Source of the DNA: Tubiluchus corallicola
Taxonomy: Eukaryota; Animalia; Priapulida
Length of the DNA: 64,000 nt
Reading direction: 5' to 3'
Assembly (NCBI GenBank): GCA_030141605.1
Contig: JAQGDQ010000888.1
Location: 1 to 64,000 of the forward strand
The translations under genes and the position numbers were made by a program. The notes beneath the pieces are model-generated. The model was not told the DNA's origin. It saw only the letters and a program-made list of their open reading frames with translations, and made no database searches. This document shows positions 13,801 through 25,010 of the stretch, one piece after another (position 1 is the first letter of the stretch; every line of letters starts with the position of its first letter).

Positions 13801-16800
13801 ATTACATTCTTAAAAAGGCAAATGGCAACTATAAGATAAAATTACGAAACAAATAAACAAACTGCTTCTCTAGCCCACTGTAGTACAATTATTCTTTTAT
13901 GATATCGTTAGTGTATGAAACATAATAATTCATTACAATATGAAATAACAATTTTGATGTCACCATGTATTGAACGTCATTATATTGTAGTGAATGTGAT
14001 AATAATGAAAACTTCGAAAATGATCCGTAAGAAACATTGAAACATAGATATACGAGAACAGACTGGATACTATCACTGCCTTCCTAGAATCAAGAAACTT
14101 TGTGCACACTGGACACTCATTAATTTATCATTGTGTCCTCCCCTCAGCTATGTGTACGGTAGGGGTGAGCATTGTCTACCAGAATTCGAATTCGAATCGA
14201 AATGAATTTCAGTATTTCGATTTCGAATTAAATTAGAATTGAGTTTGAAAGATTTTCGAACCACTAGTAAAAAGTGGTCTTAAAAAGATCATGCATATTA
14301 CTTGATTTAGTTCTGCAGTAAAACCACTATTAGCTTATTAAAAATTTTGCACAGAAACTGCAACGAAATCGCGCTAATTGCTTGATGTTTCAAAAATTTT
14401 AATGATAAAGAGCATGTGTGGCTGAAGTGCTGAATTATTCAAATCTATAATTTTAGGTTCCAATCGAATTTTAACTAAAAAAACTCGTTCGAATCGAATT
14501 CGTACGATCAAACTCGAACGTTTGATGCTCACCCCTAGTGTGCGGTGGCCCCTCTTGGCACGGGGCCCAATTTGAATCTGTCTAATTTGATAGCACAATC
14601 TATCTAATTGGCTTAAAACCGTCCCTGCAAAGCCACAAAGAACCGTTGCCGTGTGAACGGTTCAAGTCCGGGTGGGAAGTGAAATTTTTTCCCACTTTAT
14701 TTTACTCAGGTGGATATGAACATCAGGGATCAGAAATTTCATGACGTGCCACTGTGTCGCAGCGAGTGTGATCGCTGGTGGAATGATTGTAAATACGGGT
14801 TCAAGTCCGAGTAGAAGTGAAATTTTTTCCCACTTTATTTTACTCACATTTCAGGTGGATATGAACATCAGGGATGAGAAATTTCATGACGTGCCTCTGT
14901 GTCGCAGCGAGTGTGATCGCTGGTGGAATGATTGTAAATACGGGTTCAAGTCCGGGTAGAAGTGAAATTTTTTCCCCACTTTATTTTACTCACATTTCAG
15001 GTGGATATGAACATCAGGGATGAGAAATTTCATGATGTGCCTCTGTGTCGCAGCGAGTGTGATCGCTGGTGGAATGATTGTAAATACGGGTTCAAGTCCG
15101 GGTAGAAGTGAAATTTTTTCCCCACTTTATTTTACTCACATTTCAGGTGGATATGAACATCAGGGATGAGAAATTTCATGATGTGCCTCTGTGTCGCAGC
15201 GAGTGTGATCGCTGGTGGAATGATTGTAAATACGGGTTCAAGTCCGGGTAGAAGTGAAATTTTTTCCCCACTTTATTTTACTCACATTTCAGGTGGATAT
15301 GAACATCAGGGATGAGAAATTTCATGATGTGCCTCTGTGTCGCAGCGAGTGTGATCGCTGGTGGAATGATTGTAAATACGGGTTCAAGTCCGGGTAGAAG
15401 TGAAATTTTTTCCCCACTTTATTTTACTCACATTTCAGGTGGATATGAACATCAGGGATGAGAAATTTCATGATGTGCCTCTGTGTCGCAGCGAGTGTGA
15501 TCGCTGGTGGAATGATTGTAAATACGGGTTCAAGTCCGGGTAGAAGTGAAATTTTTTCCCCACTTTATTTTACTCACATTTCAGGTGGATATGAACATCA
15601 GGGATGAGAAATTTCATGATGTGCCTCTGTGTCGCAGCGAGTGTGATCGCTGGTGGAATGATTGTAAATACGGGTTCAAGTCCGGGTAGAAGTGAAATTT
15701 TTTCCCCACTTTATTTTACTCACATTTCAGGTGGATATGAACATCAGGGATGAGAAATTTCATGATGTGCCTCTGTGTCGCAGCGAGTGTGATCGCTGGT
15801 GGAATGATTGTAAATACGACTGGACTTGCTTAGAAAACTGGGGCGCAGATTTTGACTGGCAAGATGGTAATAACTTAGCTAAAATTATTGTAAAACCAGT
15901 GTCTATTTCAGAGGGGGAAGTGGGGATACTTCCTCGGAGCTTCAACCTCCAGGGGGGCCTCACGCCACGGTAACTTTTTTTGCCTTATGCAAAAGCCGTT
16001 TATGCGCCATTTGCCAGTATTGACAAGTATTAAGGACTGCTCTTGAGAATAAAGCAGTTTTTCTTTCAATTGTTCTTTCCTTTAATAACTGTATAACTCC
16101 ATTTTAGGGACAAACAGTGTTTATTCTATTTTAGGGACAAACAGTGTTTATTCTATTTTAGGGACAAACAGTGTTTATTCTATTTTAGGGACAAACAGTG
16201 TTTATTCCATTTTAGGGACAAACAGTGTTTATTCTATTTTAGGGACAAACAATTTTTATTCCATTTTAGGAACAAACAGTGTTTATTCCAGTTTAATAAC
16301 AAACAATTTTTATTCAATTTTAGGGACAAACAGTGTTTATTCTATTTTAGGGACAAACAGTGTTTATTCCATTTTAGGGACAAACAGTGTTTATTCCAGT
16401 TTAAAAAGAAACAGTCTTTATTCCAGTTTAAAAACAAACAGTGTTTATTCTATTTTAGGGACAAACAGTCTTTATTCTATTTTAGGGACAAACAGTCTTT
16501 ATTTCTGTTTAAGGACAAACAGTGTTTATTCTATTTTAGGGACAAACAAATGTCCGGAAGACAAACCTTGTAAAAAATTTCACGAGATCTACGACGACGC
16601 GGAAGAATTTTGTGAAAAGCTTTGGGATTATTCATTTGAAGTTGTCGACGATGATGAACCGTGCATGAAGATATGGTTCGAAGGCGGTAAAAGTTGTTCC
16701 TTTAATAATCTTCGTTTCTTTTCTAACTGTAGTGTGTCGGACACAATTGTCCCCTGTCCTGCCTGCCATGTAAAAGCTTACCCACTTGTGACATAATATT

Positions 16801-18484
16801 CAAGAATGCATGCAGGGGCGGATCCAGGGGGAAGTAGCAGGGGCGTGTCCAGGTTTTAAAAATGTATGGAGCAAGCACATAAAAAGGCGCCGTGACAGGG
16901 GCGTAGCTAGGTTTTAAAAATGTAGGGAGCAAGCACATAAAAGGGCGCCGTGACAGGGGCGTAGCTAGGTTTTAAAAATGTAGGGAGCAAGCACATAAAA
17001 AGGCGCCGTGACAGTGGCGTAGCTAGGTTTTAAAAATGTAGGGAGCAAGCACATAAAAAGGCGCCGTGACAGGGGCGTAGCCAGATTTTAAAAATGTAGG
17101 GAGCAAGCACATAAAAAGGCGCCGCGACAGGAGCGTAGCTAGGTTTTAAAAATGTAGGGAGCAAGCACATAAAGGGGCGCATTAACTGGAATAGTATTTT
17201 GTGAAGTCGTACTGAGAGTCTGAAATGTCATCAAATTTTTCAATTGGTTGGTACTTATCACGCCAACCACCTAAAGTTTTAGCGCTGCGTCATTTGATAA
17301 AGAAATGTTGTTGAGATCGGACGATCGGAGACGAATTAACCATTTTCAGTGTCAATATACTGCAAGTAAAGCTTACAGAAATCATTATAAGACGCATACT
17401 TGTGACACGGACTAACGGTTCTGTAATAATAAAAGGTTTATTATACAATCAATCATTTTGAAATACCGTCTTTTGCTCACTGAACGAGTTGAATTTCACC
17501 TGGTTTGTATCTTCAAGTCAACCAAAGTGTTGCGTTTTGTTTCTCTCGGAAGGCTCGTAGAGAAAACCAGAAAACACTTCATCAAATTAAACTAGTTTAT
17601 TAAGCGAGAATTCTACTACACAAAAGTATGAAGGAACACGAAATGATTACACTAAACGTGAAAATCTGGAAAACGTTTAAGTGTATCTGAAAATGCAAGT
17701 ATACAAGAGAATGTGTAAGTGGCGTCCGTGTGAATCTGCGTGTGTCTCTCTCGGCGGCCTGCTTCACCTTATAAAGGTTCCAGGGAACATTCTAGACGAG
17801 TCTCTCTAGAACATTCTACAAGGTAAGATGATTATTCTAATGGAACATTCTACTATGTTCTATTTAATTGTAATAGATACCAGCGATCTCCACAACAGAA
17901 AGTTAAGGAACTTGTCAAAATGATCCACTTAAGTATTCATCGCCACTTAGAGAATAAGGATGGAGCTTAATTAAGTCTTTTCTCTGCAGGGAGTCATGTA
18001 GTTTTCTGTCTACAAACATAATTCAGTTTATTAGAAAATGATATTGATATTTTTCACTTAATTTCTTTGCTGTTTTTTTTGTTTGTTGCGTATCATGATT
18101 CACAGCAAGTTCTGATACCATAACTGAAATTGAAGCTTCACTTAGTAACAGCCGCTTCTACATTTCAGTCGAACTGCAAAATGTTTATGAAAATAATTTT
18201 TTCAGAGCATTCATACAAAATTTGACCCGCATGAGAATGCAAAACTTGTTTGAGTTAAGCTACTGTCTGGGAATCCAGCAACTTATTCTTACATTACTTT
18301 TTTCGGAGCAAATTGTAATATTATGAAACATCTTTCTTCTTTTATCACAGAAAATCCAAACAGAGCAGTAGCCGAATGGAAAGTGGAACAAATGGGAGGG
18401 TCGGAAACACGAATGCCTATGGCAGTAACAATGCTTTTAATGGTTTTAGTATCTTTTCTCTTACAAAGTACAGAAATTGCATAG
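10669..18484 (+). CDS. FOLR: Folate receptor family protein (FOLR-like, probably GPI-anchored), ~252 aa, 5 coding exons
   Basis: Exons 10669-10821, 13175-13363, 15731-15866, 16540-16686, 18351-18484; all GT-AG, phases 0/0/1/1 join into a 759-nt ORF with signal peptide, CxPW-x4-CC, QDLCFYECSPN, VPLC-x3-C-x2-WW-x2-C, FCEKLWDYSF, NPN-x2-VA and a hydrophobic C-terminus. Confidence 0.92.
11636..12078. repeat. ~68-bp tandem repeat, ~6 copies, in FOLR intron
   Basis: Recurring tacatagaaagtgaaaagtctctgtttgtaaggatg. Confidence 0.9.
13175..13363 (+). CDS. FOLR: FOLR-like exon 2
   Basis: CVPWKDHACCTHNVTEEFHTSPDWYGFNWHHCGIPLSTKCEEHFMQDLCFYECSPNVGPWFVD; ttcag acceptor, gtaagt donor. Confidence 0.93.
14160..14537. 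mobile_element. hAT-type MITE
   Basis: TIRs taggggtgagcat / atgctcaccccta; flanks gtgtacgg / gtgtgcgg (8-bp TSD, 7/8); related inverted copy at 47808-48154. Confidence 0.8.
14657..15816 (+). repeat. 146-bp tandem array, 8 copies, of the FOLR intron 2/exon 3 acceptor junction
   Basis: Each unit is a polypyrimidine tract + cag| + first ~87 nt of exon 3; acceptors end at ~14709, 14854, 15000, 15146, 15292, 15438, 15584 and 15730. Confidence 0.95.
15731..15866 (+). CDS. FOLR: FOLR-like exon 3
   Basis: VDMNIRDEKFHDVPLCRSECDRWWNDCKYDWTCLENWGADFDWQD; donor gtaata at 15867, phase 1. Confidence 0.92.
16098..16548 (+). repeat. 27-bp tandem array, ~17 copies, of the FOLR exon 4 acceptor junction
   Basis: Unit ctattttag|ggacaaacagtgtttatt; first and last ggg codons are 432 nt (16 x 27) apart. 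Confidence 0.93.
16540..16686 (+). CDS. FOLR: FOLR-like exon 4
   Basis: (G)TNKCPEDKPCKKFHEIYDDAEEFCEKLWDYSFEVVDDDEPCMKIWFEG; phase 1 in and out. Confidence 0.9.
16850..17180. repeat. 58-bp tandem repeat, ~6 copies
   Basis: ggttttaaaaatgtagggagcaagcacataaaaaggcgccgtgacaggggcgtagcta. Confidence 0.9.
17528..17897 (-). mobile_element. Solo-LTR-like element, second copy without the MITE
   Basis: Reverse-complement homolog of 4811-5686; TGTT/AACA ends; flanks CAAAG/GAAAG. Confidence 0.65.
18351..18484 (+). CDS. FOLR: FOLR-like terminal exon with GPI-signal-like tail
   Basis: (E)NPNRAVAEWKVEQMGGSETRMPMAVTMLLMVLVSFLLQSTEIA*; tcacag acceptor; AATAAA at 19436 and 19454 downstream. Confidence 0.88.
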
Positions 18485-18497
18485 TGTCGATGAAAAC

Positions 18498-19314
18498 TAA
18501 TTATGATTCACTGTATAGTGTGTAGTACAGTAATTATGATTCACTGTATTGTGTGTACTACAGTAATTATGATTCACTGTAGCATGTAGTACAGTAATTA
18601 TGATTCACTGTATAGTGTGTAATACAGTAATTATGATTCACTGTAGCGTGTAGTACAGTAATTATGATTCACTGTATAGTGTGTACTACAGTAATTATGA
18701 TTCACTTTATTGTGTGTACTGCAGCAATTATGATTCACTGTATGGTGTGTACTACAGCAATTATGATTCACTGTATAGTGTGTACTGCAGTAATTATGAT
18801 TCACTGGTTCGTGTGTACTACAGTAATTATGATTCATTGTATAGTCTGTACTACAGTAATTATGATTCAGTGTATAGTGTGTACTACAGTAATTATGATT
18901 TGCTGTATGGTGTTTGCTACAACAATTATGATTCACTGTATAGTGTGTACTACAGTAATTATGATTCACTGTATAGTGTGTACTACAGTAATTATGATTC
19001 ACTGTATAGTGTGTACTACAGTAATTATGATTCACTGTATAGTGTGTACTACAGTAATTATGATTCATTGTATAGTGTGTACTACAGTAATTATGATTCA
19101 GTGTATGGTGTGTACTACAGTAATTATGATTTGCTGTATGGTGTGTGCTACAACAATTATGATTCACTGTATAGTGTGTACTACAGTAATTATGATTCAC
19201 TGTATAGTGTGTACTACAGTAATTATGATTCACTGTATAGTGTGTACTACGGTAATTATGATTCACTGGTTAGTGTGTACTACAGTAATTATGATTCACT
19301 GGTTAGTGTGTACT
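18498..19314. repeat. 33-bp minisatellite, ~25 copies, just after the FOLR stop codon
   Basis: Unit aattatgattcactgtatagtgtgtactacagt; source of the 11-aa-periodic ORFs on both strands. Confidence 0.95.
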
Positions 19315-19947
19315 AAAAGATGAAAATAGTTTCCGCGCAAAAACTAGGTGCTGCATTCAATGACAAGCTTTACACTAGTAAGTTGTAACCTCAGTGAATT
19401 TGAGTGTTGAATTTAATCAAGAACAGAAAATTATAAATAAATTTATTATTTTTAATAAAAGGTACTTCTGCCAACGTGATTTACGTTACGGTTACATTTA
19501 CATTTAGTACAACGAACTCTTACGATTGGGTGAAATTGTTCAGATAGATTGAAGAAAGGAGTCTTCAAATTGTTCATATTTTTCTAACATATAATGAGTG
19601 AGTTTATATCATTATGCATCCTTGCAAAGTTGCAAAATTGAAGAAGTTGACATTGCCATTCTTGTATCAGATAAACACTTTGTACTGAACCAGTCAAAGT
19701 ACAGCTTTGGTTAGAACATGTCATAGAAGCAGGTAATTACCACACACCAGGTGATGAGCGTGTTGATAGTTTTAATCAAACTGTCGGAGGTTGTTGCAGT
19801 AAAAACTCGAGAAAAAAAGTGACTTATGATTCATTCGCAAAGTTCATAAAATGTTTGGTTGTGTACTTTTCTGGGCTCAGTCGTATCCTGCTTGAAACGG
19901 TCCTGTAATGTCCAGTAGAAATTGTTTCCATATTTCTATTCCCTGAT

Positions 19948-20468
19948 GCATGATCACTGGTTTCCGTTCCTTGACCTCTGCATGATCACTGGTTTCCGTT
20001 CCCTGACCTCTGCATGATCACTGGTTTCTGTTCCCTGACCTCTGCATGATCACTGGTTTCTGTTCCCTGACCTCTGCATGATCACTGGTTTCTGTTCCCT
20101 GACCTCTGCATGATCACTGCTTTCCATTTCCTGACCTCTGCATGATCACTGGTTTCCTTTCCTTGACCTCTGCATGATCAATGGTTTCCGTTCCCTGACC
20201 TCTGCATGATCACTGCTTTCCATTTCCTGACCTCTGCATGATCACTGGTTTCCGTTGCTTGACCTCTGCATGATCACTGCTTTCCATTTCCTGACCTCTG
20301 CATGATCACTGCTTTCCATTTCCTGACCTCTGCATGATCACTGCTTTCCATTTCCTGACCTCTGCATGATCACTGGTTTCCATTTCCTGACCTCTGCATG
20401 ATCACTGGTTTCCGTTGCTTGACCTCTGCATGATCACTGGTTTCTGTTCCCTGACCTCATGATCACTG
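19948..20468. repeat. 32-bp minisatellite, ~16 copies
   Basis: tgcatgatcactggtttccgttccctgacctc. Confidence 0.95.
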
Positions 20469-20605
20469 ATAGGCTAAATTCAAGAAAATGCTACCTCACC
20501 ATAAAGACCTTTGAATTAAACTAGGTTTTGTTCAGCAATTGCTGCAATGATGCCAAGCATTTCTAAGCATTTTGAAACAGTAAACACAAACAGTCCATGA
20601 TAATT

Positions 20606-21528
20606 AAGAAAACATTATTGTTACATCAATAGTTCTTCAGTTGATAAGAATGAAAACATTATTGTTACATCAATAGTTCTTCAGTTTATAAGAAAGAAAA
20701 CATTATTGTTACATCAATAGTTCTTCCGTTGATAAGAATGAAAACATTATTGTTACATCAATAGTTCTTCAGTTGATAAGAAAGAAAACATTATTGTTAC
20801 ATCAATAGTTCTTCCGTTGATAAGAATGAAAACATTATTGTTACATCAATAGTTCTTCAGTTGATAAGAAAGAAAACATTATTGTTACATCAATAGTTCT
20901 TCCGTTGATAAGAATGAAAACATTATTGTTACATCAATAGTTCTTCAGTTGATAAGAAAGAAAACATTATTGTTACATCAATAGTTCTTCAGTTGATAAG
21001 AAAGAAAACATTATTGTTACATCAATAGTTCTTCAGTTGATAAGAAAGAAAACATTATTGTTACATCAATAGTTCTTCCGTTGATAAGAATGAAAACATT
21101 ATTGTTACATCAATAGTTCTTCCGTTGATAAGAAAGAAAACGTTATTGTTACATCAATAGTTCTTCCGTTGATAAGAAAGAAAACGTTATTGTTACATCA
21201 ATAGTTCTTCCATTGATAAGAAAGAAAACATTATTGTTACATCAATAGTTCTTCCGTTGATAAGAAAGAAAACGTTATTGTTACATCAATAGTTCTTCAG
21301 TTGATAAGAGAGAAAACATTATTGTTACATCAATAGTTCTTCAGTTGATAAGAAAGAAAACATTATTGTTACATCAATAGTTCTTCCGTTGATAAGAAAG
21401 AAAACGTTATTGTTACATCAATAGTTCTTCAGTTGATAAGAGAGAAAACATTATTGTTACATCAATAGTTCTTCCGTTGATAAGAATGAAAACATTATTG
21501 TTACATCAATAGTTCTTCAGTTTATAAG
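20606..21528. repeat. 44-bp minisatellite, ~21 copies
   Basis: aaaacattattgttacatcaatagttcttcagttgataagaaag. Confidence 0.95.
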
Positions 21529-22395
21529 AGAATTCAATATACTTGTTTATGCTTGCTGTCAACTGAAACAAAATCAAATCAATACCTGATCCGTGTAACA
21601 AAACGATTTGAATTGAGTCTTTCTCCTACAGACGACGTAGAAACATTTATATTTTTCTTTCGGCGCATTTAAACTTCCCGGAATATGCAGTAGAATGTTA
21701 AGTTTCTTCATCACGCTGTACCACAACAGGGAGATGCACACAGAGCATTATCAGCTACTGCCCTTCAGTCCAAATATGGGCAATGATCTCATATATTCAT
21801 CGAGTTTACTTTTAAACAGTTCACTTGAGATGGGCTCTCCGGACTTACACATGGGATTCTTTATAACATACTGCACATAAATCTGCAACAGAAAGATTCT
21901 TTATAAAACAGTTCATGTAAATTTGCAACAGCGAGATTCTTTATAAAACAATTCATGTAAATCTGCAACAGCGGGATTCTTTATAAAACAATTCATGTAA
22001 ATCTGTAATAGCGGGATTCTTTATAAAACAATTCATGTAAATCTGCAACAGCGAGATCCCTAAAAAACTTTTCACATAAATCTGCTTAGAAAAAAGTAAA
22101 ATATCTCGTTCAGTCGGAGCTTTGTGACATCCCTAACAAAAACATCTCAAATGTAAGTAAAAATGCTGAAACTTCGACAGCTGCTTGTTGTATCAAACTC
22201 ATTATTTTACCTGACTATATATCTGATGTAGAATCTCTCGCACATTACCAACGACATTATTATCCGTGTTTAAGACAAACTTCAAACCGCTGGCCGCTTC
22301 GTAGAAGTGCAGCTTGTATTTGCTGGTTGTGTAACATAGAAATCCATCTTTACTAGATCACAAAGTTAAAGCAAAACAGGATGATTTTTCATATG

Positions 22396-22558
22396 CAGTA
22401 GGCGCCGTTTAATAGACTCACGGTTAATAGACTCAACTGCTTAATTGACTCAAAAACGCCTAGCATGGGCCGCTTCTATTCTAATGTACATAAAAACGGT
22501 CAAAAATCGGGTCAAAACACTTCAGTCCTAAAGTGAGTCTATTAAGCAGTGCCTACTG
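22396..22558. mobile_element. Tc1/mariner (Tigger-like) MITE
   Basis: TIRs cagtaggc..ttaatagactcac / gtgagtctattaag..gcctactg followed by TA; empty site in the paralogous repeat near 27660; another left end at ~63012. Confidence 0.8.
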
Positions 22559-22955
22559 TACTACTCCATTTTAAAGTCCGATAAAAGAATACATTTTAAA
22601 ACAATTAAAACTGCAAAAGCATTTTTGATAATTAAAAAATAGATTAAAATCTTAATTAACGGTGGGCGAACCCAAATATTGATGACACCACAAGTGGACA
22701 TGATTTTCAACAACGAAAACATTCCACGAGCGTGTTGCACGTGTTTGCGAAAGCAAAAATTGAAGTACAGCATGACTGTCGGCTAAAAATACTCCTCTAA
22801 TGGTTCAGTGGCTCATCAGTCGGCATAACCCGGATTAAGAATCAGATCCTGGCTTTGCCACAACCATCCATTGAATGACAGATTTCAGCTTAAAGGATTC
22901 CAAAACACACACAAAAATATGTAAGCAAAGAACTTTCGTATTCGGGACTTTAAAC

Positions 22956-23688
22956 CAGGGGTGTGCAAATTGCGGCCCGCAAAGAGATTTGTCAGCCTAA
23001 TGAAAGTGCGGCCCGGGAAGAGATTTGTCAACCTAATGAAACTGCGGCCCGGGAAGAGATTTGTCAACCTAATGAAAGTGCGACCCGGGAAGAGATTTGT
23101 CAACCTAATGAAAGTGCGACCCGGGAAGAGATTTGTCAACCTAATGAAAGTGCGACCCGGGGAAGAGATTTGTCAACCTAATGAAAGTGCGACCCGGGAA
23201 GAGATTTGTCAACCTAATGAAAGTGCGACCCGGGAAGAGATTTGTCAACCTAATGAAAGTGCGGCCCGCGAAGAGATTTGTCAACCTAATGAAAGTGCAA
23301 ACCGGGCGATTAATTGAGTGTATCCAGCTGAAGTCCGTGCCACGATCCCAAAGATAGTGCGGGTAGTTTTTTCTACTAGATCGGATGCCATTAACCCTTA
23401 CAAGACGGTTGTCGCTTAATGTCACTGTACTACACAGACTGTGTGTTACGCATTACTAATATGCATTGTAATGAAATTACCACTATCTGTCCTGAAAGTA
23501 GAAATATATGGTTTGTAATATCAATTTTAATAACTTCTAAAATAGTTTCTTGAGTGTAGTAGTAATGATGTACGCAGGTCGGATGCAAAAAATCGTTATT
23601 AGGCCCTTCTGTACTTGGCTCAATGATCAAACTGCCTGTGGCCCGCAGGAATTGCGGGAAAGTTTAAAGTTTAATTTGCACACCCCTG
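22956..23688. mobile_element. hAT (Charlie-like) non-autonomous element with an internal 36-bp tandem array
   Basis: TIRs caggggtgtgcaaatt / aatttgcacacccctg; perfect 8-bp TSD CTTTAAAC (22948-55, 23689-96); 36-bp repeat at 22965-23300. Confidence 0.93.
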
Positions 23689-24409
23689 CTTTAAACCCTT
23701 CATGTTAATAAAATCACTTATAAATATACAAGAATAAAAGGATACAGGTCTACTGGTGATATCCGTGTTATGAAAGACTTGATGGAAAACAGCATTCCGT
23801 ACATTAATTTGAATTCCTGAAAAACAACAGAATAAGTCGAAGAAGTTATTTTTACAATTTGGGGAGCAACATTTTGTCATGGTTTTGTTTAAACTTTAAA
23901 CCCTTCGCTAGGTTGTTGCTTTTTAACTGGGCTAAATTGACTTTTGGACACACCATAAGTTCTTGTGGTGTGTTACTAAAACAGAACCTTGTAAATAAAC
24001 AAGTAGATGTTTGTTATTGAGTACTAATATGAAATATTAGTTTTATTTCTATACACGTACACACATACGAGCACACATACATGCATTCACACGCTATTCT
24101 ATAATTAGTGAAATTTGGTTAGTAACCTCATCATCGGACATTCCAGAACGCTTTCTTCTATTCCATTCTCCGTAGTAGAGACAGATGCCATTTCTGTCAA
24201 AGATGTAGAAGTTGAAAATAGCCATTGCCTAAAACAATTCTTATTTTAAGATTGCCAGTTAAAGATAGAATAATAAATCACTGGAACAAATTTGATTCAA
24301 ATGAGTTTTTTTAGTTCGAATTCGACTCTAATAACCTAAAATTCGAATAATTTAGCATTTCAATTACATAAACCAATTTAAGAACAAAATTTGCTGCTTG
24401 GAAACCCAA

Positions 24410-25010
24410 ACCGTCCATAAGTCGGCATAGTTAAAACTATGTAACAATGCTTCAAAGTAAAAAGCATCAAAAATTTGGTCGAACGTCGATTTTTTATGAA
24501 AACAAATGCTAAATATATTGGACTTTTATATTCCAGAATCAAATTATCAGGAAAATGTCCAAAAAATATTAATTATCTAATTTTATAACTCCTTACCTAC
24601 TTTTCTGTCAAGAAACTAATATTGCAATTTTGCAAAAAAAACTTTTCTAACTCCGATAGTAGCTCGCCATCTTGCTTCGGGTTTTTTTTGTTGACAAGAC
24701 CAGATTATCGTCAGGAAAAGCCATATACTGGATTTAAATGTAACTTCAATTTGATCTTGCAAAGTCCATAGCAACCACACTTTTGTATGGTTGCTAAGTG
24801 TTTTGTAGAGACGCGACAAAAAACAATGGCTAACCTCAGTGCATAACCTGCACCTCAACTTCAACATGGATTATGTCAGCTTAGAAATAACGTAGAGTGA
24901 TGAACTTGGTATGAAAATGATCCTCATGAAATGAAGATTCAGGATATGTGAATAAGAAAAGCTTAATAGCCGACTTATGGACGTTTTTGTTATGCAAGCA
25001 CACACATAGG
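24410..25010. repeat. Interspersed repeat family, also at ~45170-46040 (inverted) and ~61860-62520
   Basis: Shared block cctgcacctcaacttcaa..ggattat.tcagcttagaaataac.tagag.gatgaacttggta..aaaatgatcctcatgaaatg. Confidence 0.8.

Noticed and set aside
18631-19323. Three overlapping ~210-aa ORFs with 11-aa periodicity
   Set aside because: Translations of a 33-bp minisatellite open in several frames; no splice or homology support.
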